This document shows positions 47,411-59,580 of a stretch of DNA of 64,000 bases, piece after piece. The notes under the pieces were generated by a model. It saw only the letters and a list, made by a program, of their open reading frames with translations, ran no database searches and was not told the origin of the DNA. Position 1 is the stretch's first letter. The number at the start of each line of letters is the position of its first letter. A program made the translations under genes and the position numbers. Source of the DNA: Amphiscolops sp. MND2022 (lineage: Eukaryota); assembly GCA_964187785.1 (NCBI GenBank), contig OZ076419.1, positions 42,470,001 through 42,534,000 of the forward strand, in the 5' to 3' direction.

Positions 47411-50400
47411 TTAACAATTGTACGCTTTCTTAAGTGAACTCGACAAAGATTTTCGCGATGCAACAGTGCGATTGTAGGTAGGTGGGAAAAGTACCTTCGA
47501 AGCCCTGCGAGTTCTTATACACTGTTCAGAAGGTTCATTCGGCTGTAGCAAACGCAACTGGAATTCTCCGAGAAGTTCTTTGAAAAGCTCTTTCAACACT
47601 TCAACTATGTAGAGTTCAAACACCGTGTACAAAATATTGACCTCTAAAATATCAGATAGTGTTCCAAATTTTATTGGAAAAATTTGGCTCTGATAATTCT
47701 TCGCTGTGCATTCTCGAATTTCATCAGATTAGTTTTGGCAGCAGTACCATACACCAGAAGCCCTAATGTGATTCTTGATTGAGCAAACGATTTAGAGAAC
47801 ATCAAAAGAAGATTTTTTCGCGGGTATAATGAACGAATTCTCTAAACTAGGCCGCAAATTTGACTCAACTTTTTTTGTGAAGTAACCAATGTGCTCTCTG
47901 AATCTTAAGTTTTTATCATTATGTAGACTTAAAAGTTTAACCAAATTTTTGTAAGGGACGACCTTATTGTCACTGAGTATGTTGGAAGGTTTCCTGCAAC
48001 CAAAAAACATTGTTTCACATTTGTCAAAATTGTTGGTTAATTTGTTACATGCAAGCCAATTCGATGTGTGACATATATATATATCGACGTTTAGTATATT
48101 GTCAATCCGTTTTCCTGAGGTTATGAGGGTTGTGTCATCTCCAAGCATAGCAATCGAACTGTTTTTGCATACATTGGGCATATCGTTAATGCATAACAAA
48201 ATAAAAAAAGGGCCTAGAACAGATCCTTGAGGTACACCAGTTGTTATTGGTACTTGCTGGGTGCTAGAGCCATTCACGGTAACCTATTGCCATCTGTTTT
48301 GCAAATAGATTTTGATCAAATCGTGAATTTTCCTCGATAGCCATACTTTTCAATCTTCCTCATCAAAGTTCTATTATCAGGTGTGTCAAATGATTTTTGT
48401 AAAACAATAAAGAAGCCTGTCCAGTATCTCTCTTTTCAATTGCTTGTCTCATAAACTCTGTTATTGACAGGATAGCATGAGTGGAGGAAGTTTTCGGTCT
48501 AAAACCAAATTGTACAGGCGTGAGTAACTCGTTCGTTGTACAAAAAGCCATCATTCATTCGTACAACAATTTTTCTAGAACTTTGCTGAGTGAACTCAAA
48601 AGACTAATTGGTCGATAATTCGCCGGATCTTTGCGACTGTCTTGTTTGAATAGAGGGATAACTTCTGCAATTTTGAAAAAACTAGAAAAAATTCCGTCTT
48701 CGAAGCAGCTATTGAACGTTTTAGCAAAGTAGGTTTCGATTATTGGTGAACAACATTTCAAAATTTTGTTGGTGATTTCATCATGACTAGAAATTTTTTG
48801 TTTTTCATTTATTTTATAAATTTTCCTACTTCAGTTTCATCAGTTGGACAAAGAAACATTGTTCTATCATTATCTTGAAGATGATCAATTTCCTTTTGCT
48901 CGCCTATTTTTGAGGACAACAAGGCTCCCATAGAAGCCAAATGTTCATTTAGGACCTTAGGATCTGGTAGTAGATTGTCTCCTTCTTGGTCCCTTCGACA
49001 TTGAGTGTATTATATAATTTTTTTGGATTGGGATTCTCTCCTAGTTTTCTTTGGTTCGCTTCTTTTCTACCAATTCGAATTAGTTTTGTGACGTGATTAC
49101 GATTTTTCATTGGTTTTTCAGGGACAAAGATATCCACACAATTCATGATTGTTTTGGAAATGGAAAGTGCTCACCTATGCTCAAATCAAAATCCTAATCT
49201 TTCAGTTTTTGATCCAAAAAAAAATAAAAGATTTTTCACTTTTGATTGGCTGTAAATATCTGACCAATTTAATCAATTTTGAGGGATCTGTTGTTTCACT
49301 ATAAAACTGGACGAGGACAGAATAGTGATGACTAATTGTAGTTTTGATTGTTTCAGTTTCCACTGATTGTCGAGTAATGAAATGATCAATACAACTTCTA
49401 CTTGTTGGAGTCACTCTTGTGGAAAGTGAGTTTCTAACATCAAAGTCACAGGCCTTGAGAATATTACAACAGTCAGTTTTATCTTTGTCATTTTCCAAAG
49501 TATTAATGTTGAAGTCACCAAATATGATGGTCTCATGTTGGAGAGTTTTCAAACCGTGGAGCATTTTTTCAAATTCCGGGAAGAATTAACTAAGACGGAA
49601 ACTGTCTGGTCTATATACAACCCAAAACGTTTTCCAATTGTCCTCTGAGAGCTGGATTTTAATTATTTCACATTCAATTTTACTTTCAAAAGGGATGGGC
49701 TCAAATCGGATACTATTTTTCAAGTAAAAAGCTACTCCTCCTGTCCTACGTTTCAGGTTCAGCTGTGGTTTTGAATAAATCGGCTGATAACCATCCAAGT
49801 CTTATTTCCCAATGGGATCATCTGCCGTTATCCACCTTTCAGTTAAGACCATGATATCCGGCGTTTTTTGAAGCTTTGAAGCCAAATTTTCAGTTCGTCA
49901 AGATGGAGTCCCAATGATCTAATATTCAAACCAAGAATGGTGACCAAAATCATTTGTGTATAAGTGTTTTCTTCTTGAAGCTCAGAGTTGTTCATCAGCT
50001 GAGTGATTTTCCGAGAGGATCATCGGTATTTGCTTTGCTGTGTTCAGATCTTTATCACTGGGAGAAGCATTTTGATTCAATTTTTTATTGACTGGGCTGG
50101 TTACCTCGTCTTTATCGGGTTTATTTTCGATTGTCGGCGCTGTTTTTGCTGGCCTTGTTGCCTTTTTGAGCGCTTTTGGGAGCAGATGCTGAATAGATTG
50201 CTCAGATGATACTTCTTGGGCAAAATAACCGCTTCTTTTTTTCGGCAAAACACTTTGACTTTGCAGTTATGAGTAGTCGTAACTAAATTTAATTCATCAC
50301 AACGTTTTTTCAGGGGTAAATCTTCTTATGGCAATCTTTCATTAATGTAAATACTTCGGTTTTGGAAGACCTTACCAGCAAGTTGACGTCTGCGAGAATA

Positions 50401-50870
50401 AATTTCCTCCTTGTCCGCAAAGTATTCGAATTTCACAATAACTGGAATTTTCTTACCAGAGTGTGGGTTACGCAAAGGATGGCAGGCTTTGATGGATTCC
50501 GGTGCAATGTTGTAGTTAAATAGTTCCTTGAAAGCTCGACAAACGTCCTTCGTTAAACTGGTTGAATGGATGTTAACAGCGAAAATTGTAAGTATCAAAA
50601 ATCTTTGCTGGAGTATCTTTCTTGATTTGCAACCCGAGATTTAAGGTCAAAGATTTCGTTTTGCATCGTAATAATGTCATGTTGGCTGGCTACTTTTTTT
50701 CAAGGCTCTCAATCTTAGTTAGCAATAATTTAGCCAAGAATGATTTGATCGGATGTAATATTGTCAATTTGTTGAAGATTTTTCATTTTGTAAGCAGTAA
50801 TTTTATGTTTCAAAACTGTATCATAGCTTCAATGCTTCAAAAGTTCAATCAATTACGTAATATTTAGAAC
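47411..50870 (-). mobile_element. Decayed near-full-length LINE (CR1/L2 group) with ORF1 and ORF2 relics
   Basis: ORF1: QERYSSKD, ACHPL...VIVKF...IYINERL. Endonuclease: GGVAFY, YRP, IIFGDFNIN, TRVTPTSRSCIDH. RT: NYRPISLLSSLSKVLEK, QFGFRP, GVPQGSVLGP, LGDDTTL. Many stops and frameshifts. Confidence 0.92.
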
Positions 50871-50994
50871 ACAACGCATGCAGCCGTTCACTAGCTTGTC
50901 ATTCTCTTCATCATTGAACCTTTTTCCGTTTTGAAGGGATTGACTGCCTCAATTGCCAAAAAATCTTGAGGAGGGGCAGCCTATGAAAAAGCGT

Positions 50995-51178
50995 CTTGCA
51001 AGAAATTTTGAACCTTGCAAGATTCTTGCAAGATGACAGAAATCTTGCAAGAATCTTGCAAGCTGACACAAATCTTGCAAGATTCTTTCAAGAAATCTGT
51101 CAGGTTAATGCATTCACCTGCGAGATCTTGCAGGAATGTCTGCCAGAATAATGCAAGATTTGTCTTTTTCCCAGCCAA
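50995..51178. repeat. TCTTGCAAGA palindromic-unit repeat cluster
   Basis: Repeated TCTTGCAAGA and variants, ending TTTTTCCCAGCCAAG. Confidence 0.8.
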
Positions 51179-51954
51179 GAGAATAGAATCATTCACCAGA
51201 TTTAAAAAATTTTCGTTTGAAAGTTTTGCGACAAAAATTACCAAAATGAAATTTATCAAATTCAAACTCATTTCAAATTTCAAGAGGTTTCAAACTTTTC
51301 TTCTAAAATTTTTGGACAAATATTTGCCTCCAAATCTTCTGAGGTTGATGGTACAATTCGATTGAGAAAGTTCTTCGATTTCAAATAAAAGTCTTCCAAA
51401 CACATCATTTATAGCATATCCAAGTACATGTATGGCAGTGCCAATAGACGGAAAATAAAGTAGATTTTGCCTGGCTCGAAACATTTTCTCAATGATAAAA
51501 ATTCATTGGGTTCTGGATATTACCAAGAGTCTAAGAATAATCAAAATAACCAACAGAATTTTTGATAATTCACTCAATTTGCAACCTCTCAAAATGGGTC
51601 GTAGAAAATTGAGGCAACCTAGGTAATATTCTAGGAAACTTTTACAGCTGACAGAACTTGATATTCGTGACAAATAACGAGATATTTGGTTTTGAATTTT
51701 GCCATTTTAAGCAATGGAGTTGCGACAATTTAGAAGGCTACAGTCTTCACTCCTATTACAGTCTTCTTGCTAATCTCAAGTTTGGTATGTTTCTAATTTT
51801 AAGTCAATGTTGAAAAACACTGTAGTTTTAAAGCTATCATATGCTTCAAATATACAGTATACTGTATATTGATATAGTGATATTTCTATAATAGTGAGAT
51901 TTCTATAATATTTATAATAATATCACTATAGTGATATTTCTAAAAGCAACAAAA

Positions 51955-52636
51955 CCCTGGTCGAGAAAAAATGCGTTCCTTGCAAGGATCTTGCAAGATC
52001 CTTGTAAAAATGCAATTACTTGTAAGATCTTGCAAGGAAATTTGTTCCTTGAAAGATCTTGCAAGGAAATTTTTTCCTTGAAAGATCTTGCAAGGAAATG
52101 TTTTCCTTGCAAGATTCTTGAGTTCAATGTACTGCATACTGAGAAATTATGTTAACGTAGTCGTGATTTGAGAATAATGTCAAAAACGTTAATAACTATT
52201 ATTTCAGAAGGGTAATTTAACAAATTGAAAAATAATTTCAATCGAAATATTATGCACAGTCTAATTTCAAATCAATAACTGGTACATAACACAATTGGTT
52301 GGAAAAAATTTTCAGAATACTCTGACACTGTATTTTAAATGTTGCGTCACTGAAATGTACTACTACTTTTCAAATAACTTCACTAAGATCACACTTTTAG
52401 AGATATTTTCTAGAGTTTGCATAGAGTAGTCAACTTGAAGTCAAAAACAATGAATTTAAAAAAAAAATTGTCGAGAACCCTCCACGAAATTTTTCTCCTT
52501 GGAAGAATCTTGCAAGGAAATGTTTTTTCTTGCAAGATTCTTGCAAGATGTCTTGCAGAAAAATGCATTATCTTGCAAGACCTTGAAAGAAAATCTTGCA
52601 AGATCCTTGCAAGGAACGCATTTTTTTCAACCAGGG
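51955..52636. mobile_element. MITE-like element bounded by ~45-bp inverted repeats, with TCTTGCAAGA arrays in both arms
   Basis: CCCTGGT(C/T)GA(G/A)AAAAAATGCGTTCCTTGCAAGGATCTTGCAAGAT at 51955 and inverted ending at 52636, with an unrelated ~350-bp spacer. Confidence 0.7.
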
Positions 52637-52785
52637 AAGGCAAATCTCAAAATCGAATATCTCTAAAACAGCAGCGACTTTTGAAAAATGATAAAAGTGT
52701 AAGTTTCTTAGATTTTTATCTAGTTTACAAATATGTTTACTTGAAGATTATGCTTCGCAGTGTGAGTCTCCACCAATACACTTAC

Positions 52786-53069
52786 CTTCGAAATCGCATG
52801 ATGAAACATGAAGCCACTAAAAACTCCCACAACGTACTGTACATACTCGGGCATCCATGACTCAGGCATGTAGAAGAAACCGTCGGGTTCGCCCTCGTAT
52901 CTTTCCTCTTCGGGCACAAAAAGCGATGCCGGTCCAATGTAACATACTACGACTGGTTTGCCGACCACTTTCGCTGCGAGATTCACGCCGAGGATGAAAA
53001 AGTCGTGAACAATGACGTCATAGTCGTCTTTTCTCTCTTCCAGAAATTTTTTCATCACGTGAAACATTT
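52786..53069 (-). CDS. UGT: UDP-glycosyltransferase N-terminal-domain exon
   Basis: Encodes MFHVMKKFLEERKDDYDVIVHDFFILGVNLAAKVVGKPVV. Donor AAG/GTAAGT (phase 0) matches the phase 0 acceptor at 40384. The acceptor ATTTAG is tentative. Confidence 0.78.
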
Positions 53070-53352
53070 CTAAATTGGGCTCTTTTCAGATGTTTTCACT
53101 GTCACTTACACTAGAAAAGAAAATGTTGCGCCACCCTATTCCAGAAATGAATGCAACGGAAATTATTTTAAAATTTCAGGACTGCGATCACAAGATATAG
53201 TGGGAGAGTTTTTGAGAGTCATGTCTGGATTTTAATTTAAATTTAAAACTAAAACTGTGGCTGAACGGTTTGTGTTACTTACTTCAAAATATTTTATTTC
53301 CTAATTTTCCTCTTTCGTCTGATGTTTTCGATAGTTGATATGAAAAAGAGCC

Positions 53353-53530
53353 CTATTGTTGAGTCATCGACCCATGGTTCGTAGAGTTTGAGCAGCCCGT
53401 CCAACTGGGTGGAAGTGGCGATTTTGTCGGTGTCCGCATACTTGTACGGCTTCGAGAAACATGTCGACACATTAGCGAACTTTTGTGGCACTAAAGAGTC
53501 ACAACAGTCTCCAAGCACGTAGACATCCAA
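53353..53530 (-). CDS. Probable UGT N-terminal exon (3' boundary unresolved)
   Basis: Acceptor GATTAG, then open frame LDVYVLGDCCDSLVPQKF...GLLKLYEPW, in the expected position. No canonical in-phase donor found. Confidence 0.5.
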
Positions 53531-54065
53531 CTAATCAGCGGTGATCAACTTTAATGCATCGTGTAAAAAATGTAAAATTTAGCTCAAATTTGCCAAAAAA
53601 CTTCCATATTATTGTTCATTTTACATCGCAATTCATTATTTTTATGTTTTCAAACTAAATATTCAGTCTGTTTCAAAAAAATTAGCTGTTTTTAGTCAGT
53701 GTTCGAGGACCAAAACTGTCGGTAAAAAGTCATTATCATTCTCTTTAGAGTTATTTTCATTATCGTTAGATATATCGTTCTTATTCTAATTAGAATAAGA
53801 CTGTTATTTAGGTACGATTAAATAGTTGCGCAGTAAATATGTACAATATTGTAATAATTGTAACCATTTACATAAGTACAATTTTTTGGGGCAATTATTT
53901 TGGTACAAATTGAGAAGGCGGATAATTTAATTGAGATCAAAATGTATAAACGTTTTTTGTCACAAGCTTCCAATTTCACGTTTTTTCAATGTATTGAGAA
54001 CAGGAAGGGGGCATGATTCAGGTAAGCTCTTGTTATTCGCCGTTTTCGAAGAAAAAGCACGACTC

Positions 54066-54335
54066 TTAAAGTGGCTAGTTTTTTTCGTCAGTTCAACGCG
54101 ATCGGTCCACTTTTTGAACATAATGCACTTCTACCATAAGTACTTAGTACTTCATTTTGAACGCATCTAAGGCCTCTAACATGAAATACAAATCCATTCC
54201 AAAGCAGAAGGATCCCCTTTCCACCACTTATGTTTGACACTATGAGACTTCCCGCTTTTTTGGGAATTGAGACTTTTTCAAAAACTTTTCGATGTCTCCA
54301 AAGGAGCGCCGACATGGGCCGTTCCCGGCTTGTTT
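54066..54335 (+). mobile_element. 5'-truncated HINE copy
   Basis: GTGGCTAGTTTTTTT near 54070. The 3' end is GCGCCGACATGGGCCGTTCCCGGCTTGTTT (54306-54335). Confidence 0.75.
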
Positions 54336-54489
54336 ACGATTTACCAAACACAAAAATACCGTTGAATACTTAGTCAACGCTAGCACAAAAACGCTTCCAA
54401 AATTTATGAATCATTTCATTTTTTTAAATAACCAATAATCTCTTTTATATAGTCTATTTCTGAAAAAGAAGCAAAGCATTGTAACGAGC

Positions 54490-54604
54490 CCTCATTATCA
54501 CAGACCGGATTATCACTGAAAGCAAGAATTCGGCTTTTCGCTGAAGCATGTTCTCCAAGTACGTGCAAAAGGAGAACTAAGTGCAAACAAGCCGGGAACA
54601 GCAA
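54490..54604 (-). CDS. Probable UGT signal-peptide exon (start codon and donor unresolved)
   Basis: LHLVLLLHVLGEHASA-KSRILAFSDNP resembles a signal peptide plus the first beta-strand of UGTs. There is no in-frame ATG in the contiguous sequence. Confidence 0.5.
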
Positions 54605-55384
54605 AATTCTGCGCCCCGCTCAATGCCCAAAACTAGCAAAAGGACTTGAAAGCGTCAAGTATTCTCTTCCACAGTACGCGGAAAACAAAAAGGCCAACCG
54701 AACTGCTGGACTGGGCTATCTTCTTTGCGCGAATGAAAGCGCTTTTTGCGAACCTCTGCCTCCACCTTAGCAAAACGCAATTTGCTTCGGATATAACATC
54801 AAAATCCGTATATACCGTGCTGTGAAAAATGGCAGAGATTTTTTTTCGAACTTCACTACCTCCTTAATAAAACTCAATTTAGTTCAAATTTAACGTCAAT
54901 TATTCGGATATAAAGCAAAATTTTCGAACCTCCGCCTCCTCTTTATCAAAACGCAATGTACTTCGGATATAACGTCAAAAATTCGGATAGTTTCGAAAAC
55001 ATATTTGGGGATATGCATTTAGAAACCTAACATCAGAGGAAAATTTTGACAATCTCATAGTGACTAAAAATGTAGAAGGGAAGACCGGTTGGGATTTTTT
55101 AACATCCATTTTGTTGCAATATATCAAAAAATTGAATGGGAGAACCTTTGGAGATTGAAACAAACTTTCGAAAAAATACTTTCACAGTGACGAACAAAAT
55201 CGAAAAGGGGGATTCTCTAGTCTCGTCCGGTATTGTATAATACGCTTAGAAAGGACCAACTGGTGCCATTTCGGCCCTCAAAATTTATTAGAACTTTTTG
55301 TAGTACCCTCTTGGTCAGTTCCTGTAGATTCAAAAAACTCAGAATTTAAGTCGCGTTTCAGCTTTTGAAGTGCCGACTAAAAAA
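54586..55384 (-). mobile_element. ~800-bp degenerate HINE copy with both termini
   Basis: Plus strand AAACAAGCCGGGAACAGC at 54585-54602 and GTGCCGACTAAAAAA at 55370-55384. The interior resembles 26100-26500. Confidence 0.6.
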
Positions 55385-56419
55385 GCGACTTGTGAACGCC
55401 ACGTGGACTTAAGAGACGTGAACGAAGAAGATAATTGTGAACTACGGTGGTGTATGAGCGCAACTCTGGTTTCTTTTGGAAGAACTAATGTGCTTTTTGC
55501 AACTTTTTGTACCATCAACTTGAAGAATGCAGACAGTGTAGACGTTTCAAGTCAGTGCCCACGAGAGCCCCGAGCATAGTATTTGTTGCTATCCATAGTA
55601 CTTGTTGCTATCCATCTATCCATAGTATTTGTTGCTATCCGGATTGTTGTCATTGTGTAATCATTGGTTTTATTTGGTATGCTTGAGAGGTGATATTGAA
55701 AGATGCGACCAATGCATCCCTTTGAGTTTACCGTTCGGTGACCCCTCATCCAGCCTTATAGGTCTTTGGAGTGGCCCCTGAGCATAGCGAGTACCTCTTA
55801 GAGGCAGCAGTAACAGACTGAAATACGTTGGATAGCATCCTGATAAAACGAGGCACCCCCCACCGTACGAAAAATGGGCTGGTGCTATATCACGTCAGTC
55901 ACGGACATTAAGTCCTTGTACCAGTCCCTCCGCTGATTGGTGAACCAGGCGTCCGACGGTAGTCGTTACCCAGAATTGGATGAACTCTCTGCTTTAGAAA
56001 AGGGGATACTTTTTATTGACAAACTCCGCATTATAAGGGTCGAGGATAAAAAAGTTTTCTCATTGAATGTCAGGTATCACTCAGTTTCTTGGTACTTGAT
56101 AGTACTTCAAAAGAGCAATGTGTCTGGTCAAATCGGTAACCGTTCGTATAAGCGAACCAGCTTAACGAAGAACGAAATCAAGGCCGATCTCGAATCTGGT
56201 TAGACAATGAAACAAGCAAAGTACCTCCTTGACTTTCAGTACCCCAACGAGTAAAAAACGTTACATAACAGTTCCATCATTTCAAAAGGCAAAGTCAAGA
56301 AATTGATACAGATTTTTTCGAATTTTACACCAATCGAAAAAATTGAGTTTTATTTACCTTGGAGTAACGCTACAGTATAACACAGCTCTCAGGTCGCTCT
56401 TGAACTTAATGTTGGCAAA

Positions 56420-57297
56420 ATGAAACAGGCACTGTTCAAACTAGAAATGGCGAGGCTCAGTGTTCGTTCTTCTTTGAGAGCAAAACTACATCTCTTCGAT
56501 TACAAGATAATACCTATTCCTCTCTATGATTGTGAAGTACGCGTTATGAAGACCTTGAAAAAATTGAAGAGTTTCAACGAAACTATTTACGACGACTACT
56601 CAAGGTACGCAAAGGCGCTCCCAATCCAAGGATCTACGGTGAACTCAGTCTCCACGAATTTGTTTTCACTATTTAGAAACGAACGCTCACCCTATGGAAA
56701 ACATCACGAAACCTTCGGAAACATTTTAAACAGTCCTAAAATCAAAAAAATATGGAAGAATTTAAATAAGCCTGTAAAGTTAAATCAATTTTAATCGAAT
56801 TTGGCTATCCCGGAGCTTCTGAGTACATTGAAAGGGTTAAGGACATCAATTTTGAATGGTCCATAAAAACAAAAGGTAAAGAATTAACAATTAAACCTTG
56901 GAGAACAGAGACTACCGACAACTTTTTGTGTGAATGTTACTCATGGTATGAATCTGAGCGTAAAATGGAGAGTTATATTACTTTCATGAAACGCAAGAAA
57001 TGCGCATCCGCTTTCTTGCAAACTTTTCGAGATCAATTTCGCCAGACATCGGGTCAATTGTGCAAACTCTGTGAGATGACTTGCATAACAGATGAATATC
57101 ATCAGCTACTTGTCTGTCCAATGTTCGAAAAGGTTAGAGAACGTCCCGATAGGAATCTTGTGCACGAACCTGATTTTATGCAAACTGCAGGTCTTGTTGA
57201 ACGGAGCCAACATTATCAAGTTGAACAAATTAACAGAACTTTGCGAAAACAATGGTGTGATGAATTATCACAGACATTTGTTTCGATCCACAATTAA
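56420..57297 (+). pseudogene. 3' relic of a non-LTR retrotransposon ORF2 (RT C-terminus and Cys/His domain; RTEX/Tx1-like)
   Basis: KLHLFDYKIIPIPLYDCEV resembles the KLxLFxxxIxPILLYGCEVW motif. CKLCEMTCITDEYHQLLVCPMFEKVR resembles CxxC...EDExHxLxxCP. Confidence 0.7.
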
Positions 57298-58815
57298 GTT
57301 ATTACCCGCTCCCTCGCTAAACTTGACTTCCCCGTTAGCTACAAACTTTTTCTTTGCGACCTGAATGATAACTAGAATCACTGTTTCTACAAACTAGTTT
57401 GTGACTGCATCAGTTTGTGACTATACGGGGGTCCAATTGCGATGAATGATATAACGGAAAAATTCAAAAATTGTTCAGAAATTGATTTGCGAACTTCGAC
57501 TGTTTAACCGCATCAAACTCTGTCTACTAGAAGAGCATAGGTAGCAAAAACTAATTGTAGTATCAATTGAAACATATCATGGAACGTGAATTTTCCATGT
57601 TAACAATGAAGATCGTGGCTTTCTTCCTTCGTGCAATGCGGAAACAACATTGAATGGTTGACCAAAAAATTGCTTAAGAGATTGAGGAACTACTAAAAAT
57701 AACATCTGAAAGAAGTCAAAACTTTTACAAAAAATTTTTGGAAATGTCGTCACTACTGAACCTGGTGTCCTCGGCCAATCAAAGCTCGAGCCACGCCCCC
57801 TGACGGAGTTATATGGCCATGGTAACAGGGAGTGGCAAATAGGATCCGCAGACAATGGGTGGATGGGATCCGAAGATATAATGCCAAAATTAGAAGAAAA
57901 TTTAACGACGTCATCGAAAAAATAAAAGTTTTTTAACGAATCGTCCAGCACAACTTCCTTCAGGTCAGAGAACATTTTGAAAAGATCTTCAAGAACAAAT
58001 AAAAGATTTCAATTTTAATTTTCAAAACTTCAATCCTCATTGATGAAACATCGAGAATTTGTTCATTTTTTGTAAGAAGCAGTGATGTTTTGTTTTACTT
58101 TCAATGCGCATTTAGGGTAACAATAATTAGGCCGTTATTTCGTAGGTATCGATCTAAGGTGTCGATCTAATTATCGCTTGCTGTTTTTTTTTAATTTAAC
58201 AAAGTAATCGTAAGTTATGAGTTATATCATATAACTAATTTACGATCTTTTCAATATGCTCTAAATTGCAGAAGAGGCTTGTACTGAAAACCCACGAAAT
58301 CAAAACCAAGTAAACATGAGTAGTAGCTACAAACAACACACCTTGTTATGTAATCAATGTTTTTGTTTGAGGGTATATGAACCTTGGTCTTTTCTTCTAT
58401 CAATACTGTTTGAATATTGTTTCAACCATCAATAAAATTTGCAAGGTTTGATTGAATCAAATACCAACCAACAGTTCATCCCTATGGATCCAAAAACTAG
58501 TCCCAATAAGGTAATTCTTCCTGGTTTTTCCTTCAAATACAGTTGCCCGAACCAATTAAGTTTCTTCGAACGCTAGCATCCTCGGCAACCCAACATGTAA
58601 GTCAAATGATGCGTTTTGAGCATGAGAAACTCAAACAATTCTGCCAAAAGCGAAAAAATAACCCCCTATTTTTTCTAAGGTATACCCCCGAAAGCTTATC
58701 AAAATAACTAATAGAAGTAGAACCAATTTTTGAAAGCACTTGAAAGAAAATGATTTGGCTAAACAGTTACAAGAATTGGGTTCGAATCAGGCCTGATCCT
58801 TCATTCCTAGCTTAG

Positions 58816-59094
58816 TGTTATGGTCAGCGAAAACAATCATACGGGGCAGAAAAAGGTATCTAAAAAGTGCAACGGTGTCGCAAGCGACCGCCTACGATAG
58901 CAATTATATGACCTACCATTTAACGAAGGTAACGACCCTTTTCCCAAGGTTTTCTCACTATTTACTTAATGACCAGCAGTCCTCAAGACTACAGCGTTCT
59001 GGATTCCAATCAAACAATTAACCACTATACTCAAATGATGCCTTGGTACACAAATTTATTGTCTAACCAAGAAATAGAACATGGCGCAGTCAGC
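58816..59094 (+). mobile_element. Gypsy 5' LTR (58816-59081) with tRNA-Ser-like PBS; second copy at 61536-61814
   Basis: TGTTATGG...AGAACA is followed directly by TGGCGCAGTCAGC, then gag fragments. Confidence 0.75.
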
Positions 59095-59254
59095 AAATTG
59101 AAATTACCCAAGAATATTTCAACAAAACAAAGAAAATGACAGAAGAAAGCAAGATTGAAGTACCGAATATCGAAGCCACATCAGACGGAAAAAGATATTT
59201 ACACCGAAACAATGGCTCGAAAGATTCCGGCAATACGCAAAAAGGAAACACAAA

Positions 59255-59580
59255 ATGGACATTACCGAACTGATACGGGGAGCCGAGATGACACAAACCG
59301 GTTGGTCCGGAAAAGAAACAGAAATCCAAGAAGACTTCATATGGGGAATTGGCCCCGACGCATTATACCAAATGACCCGGGCAGAAAATAAAACCGAACC
59401 TGACAAAATAGCGGAAAAAGACCTTATCCGACTATTCAATGAATATTTCTTACCAAAGCGGAACACCTATCACAATCGCGGAGAATTCTTCTGGACAAGA
59501 CAAACCGAATCCGAAACACCAGAAGACTTTTGGCGGAGACTTATAGAAATAGAAAAATAATGTGCATTTGAGGGAATAAC
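59255..59580 (+). pseudogene. gag: Gypsy gag fragment (second copy 61975-62300)
   Basis: FIWGIGPDAL...EYFLPKRNTYHNRGEFFWTRQTESETPEDFWRRL, followed by an in-frame stop. Confidence 0.75.

Noticed and set aside
53931-54170. Plus-strand ORF containing RGHD next to a CAG/GTAAGC donor as a UGT exon
   Set aside because: Wrong strand for the gene, and the match is four residues only.
55560-55660. 18-bp ATCCATAGTATTTGTTGCT repeat as a regulatory array
   Set aside because: Only 3-4 degenerate copies; ordinary minisatellite.
57813-57839. MAMVTGSGK Walker-A-like peptide
   Set aside because: Flanked by stops with no other NTPase motif; too short to support a call.
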